Below, one piece after another: positions 38,448 to 50,210 of a DNA stretch of 64,000 nucleotides (position 1 is its first letter; each line of letters opens with the position of its first letter). Source of the DNA: Sphaerodactylus townsendi. Its lineage: Eukaryota. Made by a program: the position numbers and the translations under genes. The stretch is from positions 27,528,001 through 27,592,000 of the forward strand of contig NC_059428.1 in assembly GCF_021028975.2 (NCBI RefSeq), written 5' to 3'. A model generated the notes under the pieces. That model did no database searches. It was not told the DNA's origin and saw only the letters and a program-made list of their open reading frames with translations.

Positions 38448-40480
38448 TAAGAAATGGAAGTCCACCCTTTACAGATTTCTACTGCAATCTTCAATATCAA
38501 ATGTGGTCCAATTTACAGATAACAGTCTTTACAATAGAAAGAGATTATGGAAGAATTGTATTCAATTTTTAATTTATACCGAAGTTTACTGCCACCTTTA
38601 AAAAAAATACCTTAATCAAGCAATTCACAACCATTCTTTAAGCCAGGTTTGTGGCTATTGTATTTCTATCCTGCCCCTGCTCTATGCAAAACGGGGCAGA
38701 ATACATGGTTCCTCTTTAACATCCTTCCCGTAACATTCCTTTGAGGTAGGGTAGGTGAACCGAAGATGCTGAGTGGGCAAAACGGCAGCACAGCGAGATG
38801 TTCAGTCCTCCCAAAAGTTTCATCAGCAGAGAATTCAGTTGGAGGTGGTTCTCCCCAATCCTAGTCAGACACTAACCACCACACCACAGTGTATGTTGAT
38901 GACTGGGCCACAGAGTTTCGAAACTCCCCTTTTTGTTGAGAACAGTCCAAATTTAGCAGTCAGAAAACTGTACTATAATCCAGTGATTAAACTATTAAAG
39001 TACAATACACTTCTGAATCTATCCTTCTCCTTCCTGGCCCTCCCTCCCCTTTTTAATTTTTTAACCCAGAATACCACAAAAGGCTAATCGAACCAGTCCA
39101 TTTCACTTTCCAGGTGTGCAAACATAGCTGTAGCCTACTTTTTATGTAATAACCTGGAGAACTGAAATGTCCTACAAAAGTGGGAGGTGGAGAAGGGACT
39201 CAGCAGGAGGAAAAGGATTTCAAGGCTCTAAGTTAATGGATTGGGGGTGAGGGGAGAGGAACGTTCAAGGCTCATGTCGTTCCTCATTAACCATTATGAT
39301 GAAATTTTATCCCTCATTATTAATACGCAAAAATAACCTTGAAGTTTGAGTGCACTGTTTAGGGGAAGGGGGGGGGGCTAGTACACCAGCATTAATGAGT
39401 GACCCAAATGAAACAGGAATACAAAGATCCTAAACTTCCATTTTGCACAATAGACCTGCCAGTCAATCGAACCGGGTGTAATTGAATCCATATGAGGAGG
39501 ACTGAACATCTTGCTGTGCTGGCGTTTTGCCCACTCCCGCATTTTTATACACCCATATCTGCTTCTATTATCTTTTCTTTTTCTTAAACCAGAAACCATA
39601 TACTTGTCTCGTAGGAAAACATTGGGCACATTAATTTCCCATTAAAGGCAGGGTTTTGACTCTTTCGCAATGATCCCTTTCCTGACCTCAAGAGTCAGGT
39701 GTGAAAATTGGCGGATGATATTCCGCTGTTTATTTCTTTGGGCTACGTTCACGGCTATTTTCAGGGTAATCCTGCGGCCTCAATGGATTTTAAAGCAATC
39801 ATGCAAACATCTCTATCTGGAAAATGTTCCGGCGTGTGACTCCACATGCGCAACAATCCGGTGGGGCAGTGCAAGGATTGCCCCCCCTCTGTATGCGTGT
39901 GCATGTGCATAAAGTCACAGCCCACTTATGGTGACCCCCTGATTTTGAAAAAAAACAACCTCTGATAAGGTCAATTAAAAGAATACAATCTTCTTTTTCA
40001 AAACCGTAATGTTTCTGATGGAGAAAATACTAGTGGTGGTCCGGGGGTGGGGGGTACCCTGCTGCCATGGTGGAAGCAGTTGGACCCCTCCTCCCGCTAA
40101 CAAGTGTCACGAAGGCACGGGGTCCAAAGTCTGGCATAAGAGCAAGACACTTCTCTACACAAAATGGATGACTCTCAGAGAGTTTTGAGATCTTGTGTGT
40201 CCAGCCTGGGCAAGAAGCTGGTTGGATGCTGAACTCTTCCCCTGGTCCTAAGGTGTCCTGGCTGGACAATGGGTCCAGTTAATCCCCACTGAGTCATCCT
40301 AAAGTGTTCTAACCAGACCATTACTTATCTTCTCTACACCCATCCAAGAAGTCAATCAGTATTCAAGAGAATAGTCCAGGCATTTAATTGGGTCCTGATG
40401 ACTCATTAAGCCTCTCCCATCTTATTGTTGGAACCCTGGAAAGGCAATCAAGTCTTCACCTCCGGCTTTCCTGTCAGCTC

Positions 40481-40786
40481 AGAAGAAGAAGAAGAAGAGT
40501 TTGGATTTATATCCCCCCTTTCTCTCCTGTGGGAGACTCAAAGGGGCTTACAATCTCCTTGCCCTTCCCCCCTCACAACAAACACCCTGTGAGGTAGGTG
40601 GGGCTGAGAGAGCTCTGAGAAGCTGTGACTAGCCCAAGGTCACCCAGCTGGCGTGTGTGGGAGTGTACAGGCTAATCTGAATTCCCCAGAGAAGCCTCCA
40701 CAGCTCAGGCGGCAGAGCTGGGAATCAAACCCGGTTCCTCCAGATTAGATACACAAGTTCTTAACCTCCTACGCCACTGCTGCTCC
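40481..40786 (-). mobile_element. Young Squam3-like SINE
   Basis: Full length; about 97% identical by eye to 45959-46258. Confidence 0.92.
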
Positions 40787-40830
40787 ATACCACCTCAGGA
40801 CCCATTTGGGGGGTATACATATTGATCATT

Positions 40831-41200
40831 TAAGAATATAAAAACATAAGAACTAGCCTACTGGATCAGATCAGAGTCCATCTAGTCCAGCACTCTGCTA
40901 CTCGCAGTGGCCCACCAGGTGCCTTTGGGAGCTCACATGCAGGATGTGAAAGCAATGGCCTTCTGCTGCTGCTGCTCCTGAGCACCTGGTCTGCTAAGGC
41001 ATTTGCAATCTGAGATCAAGGAGGATCAAGATTGGTAGCCATAGATCGACTTCATAAATCTGTCCACGTCCTTTTTAAAGCTATCCAGGTTAGTGGCCAT
41101 CACCACCTCCTGTGGCAGCATATTCCAAACACCAATCACATGTTGTGTGAAGAAGTGTTTCCTTTTATTAGTCCAAATTCTTCCCCCCAGCATTTTCAAT
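40831..41200 (-). mobile_element. CR1 LINE 3' end
   Basis: LKMLGGRIWTNKRKHFFTQHVIGVWNMLPQEVVMATNLDSFKK; same family as 60312-60914; ttcttatg-type tail repeats. Confidence 0.9.
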
Positions 41201-41785
41201 TTGGGCATTCTTAGTGAGTGTGTGTGTCTTGGATCCGTGCATGGGGCTTTTCTTTTTGATCCAACACGTGTGTGGGGCTGTTCTTTTTGATCCAACTTCC
41301 TCCCTTTTCTCTTAGCCAGCTCTTGTATGCCTTGTGACGATATTCATTGCTTAACATATATTTCTCGGTCTACTATTTTTATTCTTTAATGAAACTACTT
41401 TTATTTATGCAAGCGTCTGCTCATCTGAGAGTTTTCACTCAGGACTATCCTGGTACAGGTTACTGATCCCAGTTATACCCACTTGTTCTCTGCCTCCAGC
41501 TTAATTTCCCCCAACAAAAGTGGAGACTGCCTACTTAGGGTAACAATGGCAGTTCACCAAACTTTACTCATATGACCTGCCCCGCTTGGTCCACCCAAGA
41601 ATTGCCTGGCTCAGTATAGATTTCTTAAAACTACCAGCAACCTCATACTTAAGTATCAAAACAACTTCTCCTTTAGCTTTTATGACTCTGAACATGGTAG
41701 GATGCTAAAGGACATTACACAATAATGTAAAGGAGTTCCTTCTTTAAGGAAGAAGTTCATTTTATATATATGTATATGTGTGCGT

Positions 41786-41869
41786 GTATGTATGTATGTA
41801 TGTATGTATGTATGTATGTATGTATGTATGTATGTATGTATGTATGTATGTATGTATGTATGTATGTAT
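41786..41869. repeat. (TATG)n microsatellite
   Basis: Seen directly. Confidence 0.96.
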
Positions 41870-43479
41870 ATTCTTCTGCATACTCAATGCATACATAGTA
41901 GATAGTAATAATTTAAGATATCTAGCAAGCTTATAGAAGCTTCTGTTGAAAACCATAACAGCAACTCACTCCTTTGAAGAGCCACTTGGAAATATGACAT
42001 CCCCACTGATCAAGGAAGGCTGCTGTAACTGTGTCTGCAGCAATTGGTGGAGTCCAGGATATTTATAAACATACCCAGCTCAGATCTGGCCACCGCCATT
42101 AGCTGTGGCAATTGTCCTTCCTATAACAGTCCCATAACCCCACAAGGCAGCTGAGGTGGTTGGCTCACTTACAGAAGTGATAGAGCCTTTGGGTGGTCAA
42201 ATCGGAATCCTTTTTCTCCTTTCACCCACCCCATTGTGGGAGGGCTGATTTGTAGTAGGGCTGCAGCGTAAGGGGCGAGGGTGCGGTGACAGAGCGTAGT
42301 GCATTCCCAGGAATAGGTTGCAGTGTTTGTGCTTCCCAGTTCACATTTCTTTGCACGTTGCGCAAGAGGAGGCAGAGGCGTTCTCACATACCCATGAGCA
42401 ATACGCAACGATAGTCAATACAAGAGCAGCTTTATCTGAGCGGTAGATCGACACCGCATCCACCATGAGCTTGGTCCCTGCGTTTTGTTGGATGGTGATA
42501 GCTTAATGCTGCTGGATCTTCCACTGTAGTCTCAACTGGAAATGGCATATCTGTTGGTATCATATAGCGAGGATGAGGACATCCTCACCTTGAAAGGGTC
42601 TGGTCAATATTGTGGCCCTAATTACAAATAAACCGATGAGGCGAATAAGGCTGCACAAACCGGATACATAATAGTAAAGAAAATTTATTTCATATCAGCT
42701 TGAGCGCATCAGTTTGTTGTATTTTGGAATTGTGGTTTGTTTGGCGTGATCCTTGTGGAAGTGGGGAACTGTGGTTGTACCCTGTGAGCAGAAGGAGGCA
42801 GAGGATGGTCCGTGGGATGCAATTGTTCCTTGTTAATGGTGTAGTTTTGGGTTGCAGGGTGTTGCAGGGAGGAGGGGTGATCATGAGAAAAGATCCCATA
42901 GTGAGCAATGCTGCAGGGTAGTAACCTTAGAGATGTGTAGTTGTAGTGTATGGACTTATTTAGCTGCTGGACCCCTTTGAGGCATTAAGTCACCTGGCAA
43001 CAGCCGGAGTCATCGTTGGATATTTGTGCACGGGCACGTCACACAGAGGTTGTTGTTGCTGGTGGGAGGGTTGAGATCGATCAGACCTCCACCCAACCCA
43101 CACAATCTAAGGGAAGGTCTGAAGGAAGCCGGGTGAACCCCAGGCAGGCTAGCTAAGGTGTCGAGGCAGGGAGGAGATGGTGGTCGGTGGGAGATGGTGT
43201 GAGAGGGCTAGGTCGTCTACTGCCGGGTGTTGGGAAGCAACCGAAGGCAGAGAGGCTGTGAAGACGGGCGCAGGAAGTGGAAACGGGATGTTAGGAGCGC
43301 CAGGGAGTGGCTGAGTGTGGTGGATGAGTTGCTGCAGTGGAATGTATTGAACGCGAGGGAGGGAGAGTCAAGCCGCAGGGTGAGGTGGGATGAGCTGAGT
43401 GGTAACCCGGGTGAGGCAGGATTGAACCGACAACAAAGTGAGGTAGTGCAGGGAGAGGTCTTGGCGACGGAGGAGGCCG

Positions 43480-44280
43480 CCGTGCGGAAGTGGCTGGAGG
43501 GAGGGAGAGAGGAGCGCAGACGAGGTGGCTGTGCTGAAATGTGGAGCAGTGAGAGAGCTGCCGGGTTGATGGAGGAGGCCATGGCTGTGTGAAGGGTGGA
43601 GGAGGTCGAGAGGAGTGGAGACGAGGGCGTCAGCCAGCAGAGAGCCTTGAGTGCTACAGGAGGCTGGCTGAAGTGTGGCTGTGAGGAGGGAGGAGGAGGT
43701 GTGAGGATGAGGTGACAGGTTAGCAGTGAGAGAGCAAATGGCTGACGAGGAGGCTGGCTGTGTGAAGGGTGGAGGGAGGACAGAGAGGAGTGTGGAGATG
43801 AGGTGTGCCTGAAGTGTGTGAGCAAGGAGAGTCCTTTGGAAGGATGGAGGAGGCATTGTGTGAAGGTCCAGGAGGGAGGCAGGAGGAGACAGATGAGGTG
43901 GCTGTGTTGAAGCAGTGAGAGAGCTGTGAGGACTGGACGGAGGAGGCCACACGAAGTGGCCGTGGAGGAGGGAGAGGAGATGAGGTGGACAGGTCGGAAG
44001 GAGTGCAGTGAAGGACGAGGAGCACATGGCCGTGTGTGGAGTGGGATGACAGAGAGGAGTGGAGGTGAGGTGGCTCAGCCTGGAAGTGTGAGTGCAGTGA
44101 GAGAGTGCTGGACGGAGGAGGCTGTGTGGAAGGCCTGAGAGAGGGCAGAGAGGAGTGGACGAGGCTGAAGAGAGCCAGAAGGAGAAGGCCAAGAGGGAGG
44201 GCAGAGAGGAGGATGAGGACAAGGAGAGAAACGACAGGAAAAAAAAAAAGGAGGTGGAGGAAGAAGGAGACCCAGTGAGT
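43480..44280. repeat. Degenerate purine-rich tandem repeat, ~90-bp subunit and ~180-bp period
   Basis: gcagtgagagag at 43546, 43723, 43912 and 44094; tggctgtgtgaagggtggagg at 43582 and 43755. Confidence 0.6.
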
Positions 44281-44829
44281 GGCACACAGTGAGTGGCATG
44301 GAAGAGTGGCACTGAGGCATGGAAGGAAGGAGGAACGTGAAGGGAGTGGACTGGGCATGGAAATGGAGGGACAAGCCACATGGAAATGGAGGCATGTACA
44401 GAACGTGAAACATGGAGGTGGAAGGTGGAAAGAAAATGAATGGACGTGACTGGGGAGGGACACTGGATGGAAAAGGAAGAGTGGATGGATGGAAGGAATA
44501 GCAGAACACAGTGGAATGGAGGAAAGCCTGTTCAGGGACCAACACACAGCATGGAGGTGGACACTAATCCCAGCCTGTACAGGGGAAAGAATAGTGGATG
44601 GAGCGGAATGGACCGGACAGTGGTGGAAAGCCTTGTAGGCTCACCACAGCATGGAATGGTGGATGGAGCCTTAATGGAATGGAAGGGAATGGAACATAGT
44701 AGAATCCACGTAGCCAGCTTCTTCCCTCTTCATCCCTCTAATCGCTCCAGCTCAAGTGCGGTTGCTAACAGCACAAATTGCGAAGTCCCCACTTGAGGTT
44801 GACTACAAGTAACAAGATGGCAATGCACC

Positions 44830-45025
44830 AAGCTTCCTTATGTTAAGTCAGACCACTGGCCTGCCAACATCAGTACTGTTTATTCTGGCTGGCTGTGAAG
44901 TCTTTGAGAAGTCAGGCAAAGGGCTTTCCCATCTCTTCCTACCCAATATCTTTAACTGGAGATACACAGATTGAACCTCGGACCTTCTAGACATAAAGCA
45001 GAGGATCTGCCACTGGATCATGGCC
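44830..45025 (-). mobile_element. tRNA-derived SINE with CR1-like tail, decayed
   Basis: agcttccttatgttaagtcagacc...gattgaacctcggaccttct. Confidence 0.6.
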
Positions 45026-45958
45026 TCACTTCGGAGATGAAAGAGATTAAGCTAAAGAGGGAGGCCAGGGCTGGGCATACCAGTAAAGGTGGAGATAGAG
45101 GTCACTTCAATCCCATGGGCTGTAACAGAGTTTGGAATGCAGTTTCTCTTGCTCTCTGCACATTAAGGGCTGTTGATTTCCTTGTGTCCCACAGCGCGTG
45201 TTATGTTTACCCACATTCACCAAACTAAGCTGAAGAATGCTGAAATCCTGTGTCACTCCACACCAGAAAGCAACATTTTCTGCTGAATGTTTAATATCTC
45301 CAGAGGAGAGGAAAGAACAAAGCTGCCTTCCAGCCTCTCACAAGTGCAAATTCTCCTTGTCACTTCTATCGTTTCCCAAGCCAGGCCTATGCCAAGATGA
45401 GCAAAGGTGTTTTCTCAGGTGTGCAGGTCACATCCTTATTTATCCTGGGACAACTCCATAACAGCAACATTTGCCCTCCTCAATACAAGGTCAGATTACT
45501 GTCATTCTCTCTCAGCAAAGCTCCCTGCAGGGTCTGCCCATGACTTGCAGCTGAAGACACAACAGCAAAATTGCTCAGTGTGATAGCATAATATTACACA
45601 GACCAATTCTTCAGCTGGTTGCAGTGAGGCTATTATGAAGCACCTCACATTTTCAAAGATTTAACATCTGGCGCTCAACAGCCATGGCTGCCTGTGGGCT
45701 TGTACAGATAATGCCTTTGTAGAGATACCACAACCTCCTTTTGTTGTACACAATATAATTTTTTCCCTGCTACACAAACTCCAGGGCTGCATGGCTAAAT
45801 GATTTCATCACATGGTTTTAATATGTTATCTTTTTTTTAACAAGCACAGACCCACAAGGAAATCACAGAGAGGGAAAATTCCACCTTCCCTTTCCTGAAC
45901 CTCCTCAGACAAGCCATTCTGCAAGGCGGGAGCTGCAATGTAGGAAGTATGTGGCAGA

Positions 45959-46258
45959 GGAGCAGCAGTGGCATAGGAGGTTAAGAGCTCGTGTATCTAA
46001 TCTGGAGGAACTGGGTTTGATTCCCAGCTCTGCCGCCTGAGCTGAGGAGGCTTATCTGGGGAATTCAGATTAGCCTGTACACTCCCACACACGCCAGCTG
46101 GGTGACCTTGGGCTAGTCACAGCTTCTCGGAGCTCTCTCAGCCCCACCTACCTCACAGGGTGTTTGTTGTGAGGGGGGAAGGGCAAGGAGATTGTAAGCC
46201 CCTTTGAGTCTCCTACAGGAGAGAAAGGGGGGATATAAATCCAAACTCTTCTTCTTCT
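45959..46258 (+). mobile_element. Young Squam3-like SINE
   Basis: A box tggcataggagg, B box ggtttgattcc, (CTT)n tail. Confidence 0.92.
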
Positions 46259-46299
46259 CTTCTATGTGCACGAGTAGTTGCTGATTTTGCCCATTTGCA

Positions 46300-46490
46300 G
46301 GTTGGCACTTGCAGAAGCTCCTGCTGACTTGAGAAAAGTTGTCGGGGCAGAACATAGGTAGAGGGGTAGTCCCACAAATAAGGTGGGCCAAGGTCATGAA
46401 AGGCCTTTCTGTATGGTAGCCAGCACCTTAAACTGAGCTTGGTAACAGATGGACAGCCAATGGGAAGTCTGCAGAATTGGAGGAATATGA
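46300..46490 (-). mobile_element. Old L2 3' ORF remnant
   Basis: Minus strand gives HWLSICYQAQFKVL, resembling the L2 LHWLP...FKVL region. Confidence 0.5.
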
Positions 46491-49339
46491 TTAATGGTTA
46501 TGAACCACAATGGCTAAATGGAACTTCCATGACCAAAAGCAGTAATAAACTGCAGCTGTAAGAAGGTAGTTTTGCCTTCCCCGCCTTCCCCATAAAGCAT
46601 CTACCGGTAGTTGTGCACTATGGGAAACAGGATGCTGGATTAGATGAATCCAAGGTATGAGCCACCAGGCTCTCACACATTTTTATAGCAATGCTCAGTC
46701 AAATCAAGACACTTTTCCTTTTTTTTTAATCTTGTGAGCAAGTATCCATCTATGCTACCAGAGACGTGCACATCATTTTTCTGAAGTAAATAAATACATA
46801 AATAAAAAGAAACAGCAAATAAACTTTACATATATGTTTCTCTCTCTTCCACCCGTTGCATCTGTAGTATGACCTCTTACTGTCTTAGGTTCTATGCTCA
46901 TTCCACCCTAGCACTCATTGGAAAACAATTTCCACTGCACCAAAACAGCAATTGTCTGTATAAATCTTATTCTCAGGCAATACCAGCAATTTAGGAATAA
47001 CGTCCAAGTTTGTTTTGAGAGAGCTCATTTAGCCTGGGGAATACCATTTGCTTATTCTCAACATTCATCACTGTCCGCTCTTCTTCTCTTGAAAAATTGG
47101 TTTAGTCTTCCCAGCTTTATTTGATCAAAGAGCGGAATATGGAAACATCAAATCTGGAAGCTCCAGTTTTCGTTTTCACCATACTTTTTGCCATTCCCCC
47201 TCACCCACACCAATACACATTGTTTATCTGACCCCAGTTCTCATCTCTGCACCCCAGGTCAATCAAGTTTGGAGCTTCCAATGAAGAAGGTCAGTTCAGG
47301 CACAAGACCAGGCCTTGGTAGATTTTTTTCTATTGTCTAGAGCAGTGTTTCCCAAATGGTGGGTCACGAAAGCAAAATGCTGGGACACCGAATGTCTGGG
47401 GCTGGGGCCAAGCACCCCACCCCTGTTCTTGCTTGGAGGGCACCACCTAATTGGAGCCAGGCCAGCTGGGAGGGTACAGCAGCTTCAGGGCTCCTCCCCA
47501 GCCAGCCGACTACCCAGAAAGAGTCCAGGGATGGAACTGCTGCATGCAGATGAGACCTGGCACAGGATGGGCAGACTGATGGCAGGGTGACATTCCAATT
47601 TGTTTTATTGTACTAATAAACAGGCCATTAAAAATTTAGTGGGTCACGGAGGAGAGGTATTAAAATAACCGGGCCATGGGAAAAAAAGGATTTAAGATAC
47701 ATTATGAGATAATATCATCTTTAGGGTAGACTCACTGAACAGCCTTGCCATGATTTCTACGAATCGCTGCTCCAGAAAATTAACACAAGAACAGTTCTGC
47801 TAGCTCAGGCCAGTGGTCCGTCTAGTCCAACATCCCATTTCTACAATGGTCAGCCGGACTCCTCCAAGAAGGCCAGAAGCAGGGCAAAACACCTAGCAAC
47901 TGGTGTTCAGTATTGCATCACCTCTAAATGTGAATGATCCATTTAGCCATCGAACCTAATAACTATGATTTTTCCCCACCATTAGTATTTTATTTACTTC
48001 AGTTCATCAAGTCCTCTAACAAATATTCAGACACCTGTTTAAATGTACCACACACAACTATAAACTAATGCAACTACCAATAATATTCTTCTCAAATATA
48101 ACCCCCCTCAAACCCAGATTTGGATGAAGCATTGTCTATGTGAGGTTGCTACATCCTCCTAATAATTCACAGTTAATTTAGTTCTGTCTGTTTCCAGCCA
48201 CATAGCCAAATGATCCACATGTCTTCAAATTAAACTTTCAGGAACACCCTGTGCAGTTCTTTAGGGTACACACTGTATCTCTGTAGTAAAACCGTCTGCA
48301 TTACCAGAGAACACACATGATATTTGTTATCTGGGAATATTTCGATCTGGCACAAGATTGTAAAATAACATGTCAAAAATCATTTGCTGTGATTCAAGCA
48401 AGAGCAAGGTTTCCACGAAATTCAGATCCTTAATAATATTCAACGAAGATGGAAGAAAGTCAGGGAAATACCTTAAAGCCAAAGCCACATCTTCCATTCG
48501 CTGTCAGCACCTCTAAATTTAGCATTACAAATAAGAGAATTCTAATAAATGTATAAAGTCTACTAAACATTCTTCCTGAAGCATGCCAATCTCCTGTTTT
48601 GAACGACAGGCTGCTGGATATATTGAGATAGATAAAGGTTTCACTGCTGGCACTTTCATTTCAAAAATGTAAAATCAGAAACTTAAACATCAGAAGTTAA
48701 AGAACATAGAAAGTACAGCAGCTTCTCCTCCAAAAAGATAGAAGGGGGTGTTGGGGGTATTGCTATCTGGCGTTCTTCAAATGGCTGTCAGTGTAGTCAC
48801 CTAATTCTGTTCTGTACCTGCATAGAACATTTGAGACCTTCTAGAGCTTAAGAGAGGGGGCTTGCCATTCCCCCCCCCCCCCACTTTTGGGACAGTGAAC
48901 TTGATTGGTCTGGCCATGCATGTTCCAATGGGTAGCTGGATGGAAGTTTCATACTTAAAGAGTAAGCATGGTATAGAGTCAGAGTGTTGGATGACACATT
49001 CTGACATGGAAGCTTGCTGGGTAACCTTGGTTTAGTCACGCACTGTCAGCCTCACCTACCTTGTAGGGTTGCCGTGAGGATAAAAAGTAGGAGAGGAGAA
49101 TCATGTCAGCCTCTTTGGGTCTCTCATGGGGGAAAAGTATAAACAAAGTAAATAAACTAAACAAAAGTCCCAAATTAAAGAGACCCTTGAAGAACATCTC
49201 TTCAAATGGTTCATCCATTTGAAGGCATAGTGTCTGGTAAATATGGAGGCAGCAACCCGTTTTACAGCTTTACAAAATTCAGAAAGGTTCATCTGAGAAA
49301 TATGTGAATGATTAATTAAGAGAGGGAATGGTTAGCCAC

Positions 49340-50063
49340 CAAGGACGTAGGTAAGGGGGGGGGGGTTTCCTCGGGTTCAAACCCCCCCATTCATGTCCAA
49401 AGCTCCGCCCCTCCGTTTGTGGATTTTTAAAACATTTTTAGTGTTTTCTTGGTTTTTGGCGTGCAGGGGGCACATTGCTTGGGCTAGCAGCACCAAACTT
49501 TCAGGGATTGTTTGGGGGACTCTCCTGATGATACTACCCGGGTTTGGTGAAGTTTGGTCCAGGGGGTCCAAAGCTATGGACTCCCAAAGGGGGCACCCCC
49601 ATTCTTCATTGTTTCCAATGGGAGCTAATAGAAGATGGGGGCTACATCTTTGAGGGTCCATAACTTTGGACACCCTGAACCAAACTTCACCAAACCTGGG
49701 AGGTATCATCAGGAAAGTCTCTTATTGATATCACCCAGGTTTTGTGAAGTTTGGTCCAGGGGGTCCAAAGCTATGGACTCCCAAAGGGGGCACCCCCATC
49801 CCCCATTGTTTCCAATGGGAGCTAATAGGAGATGGGGGGCTACACCTTTGAGGGTCCATAACTTTGGACCCCCTGAACCAAACTTCACCAAATCTGGGTG
49901 GTATCATTAGGAGAGTCTCCTAAAGATACCCTGATAGTTTGGTGCTTCTTGCTTAACAATTGCACCCCTGACAGCAGGCACCCCCCCCAATTTCCCCAGA
50001 TTCTCCTTTTAAATCCATCCCCTTCGGCATGGATTTAAAGAGAGAATCTGAGGTCCTCAGTTT
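49340..50063 (+). mobile_element. Hairpin-unit element (2 x ~197 bp) with CAAGGACGTAGGTAAGGG terminus
   Basis: ctatggactcccaaag at 49574 and 49771; terminus is the reverse complement of the end at 23972. Confidence 0.82.
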
Positions 50064-50210
50064 AGAAGAAGAAGAGTTTGGATTTATATCCCCCCTTTCT
50101 CTCCTGCAGGAGACTCAAAGGAGCTTACAATCTCCTTGCCCTTCCTCCCTCACAACAAACACCCTGTGAGGTGGGTGGGGCTGAGAGAGCTCCAAAAAGC
50201 TGTGACTAGC
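50064..50210 (-). mobile_element. Squam3-like SINE 3' half
   Basis: Tail and body match 7153-7453. Confidence 0.88.

Noticed and set aside
43217-44547. Long minus-strand ORFs (202, 337 and 275 aa)
   Set aside because: They overlap in several frames, are low-complexity S/P/L/H, and follow from a C/T-rich strand lacking stop codons; no domain motifs.
45959-46035. tRNA-like A/B boxes here and 5S-like segments elsewhere as RNA genes
   Set aside because: They are SINE heads continuous with SINE bodies and tails, with no complete cloverleaf or full 5S sequence.
49500-49910. Regular repeats as a CRISPR-like array
   Set aside because: Eukaryotic context; the intervening segments are themselves repeated rather than unique spacers; no cas genes.
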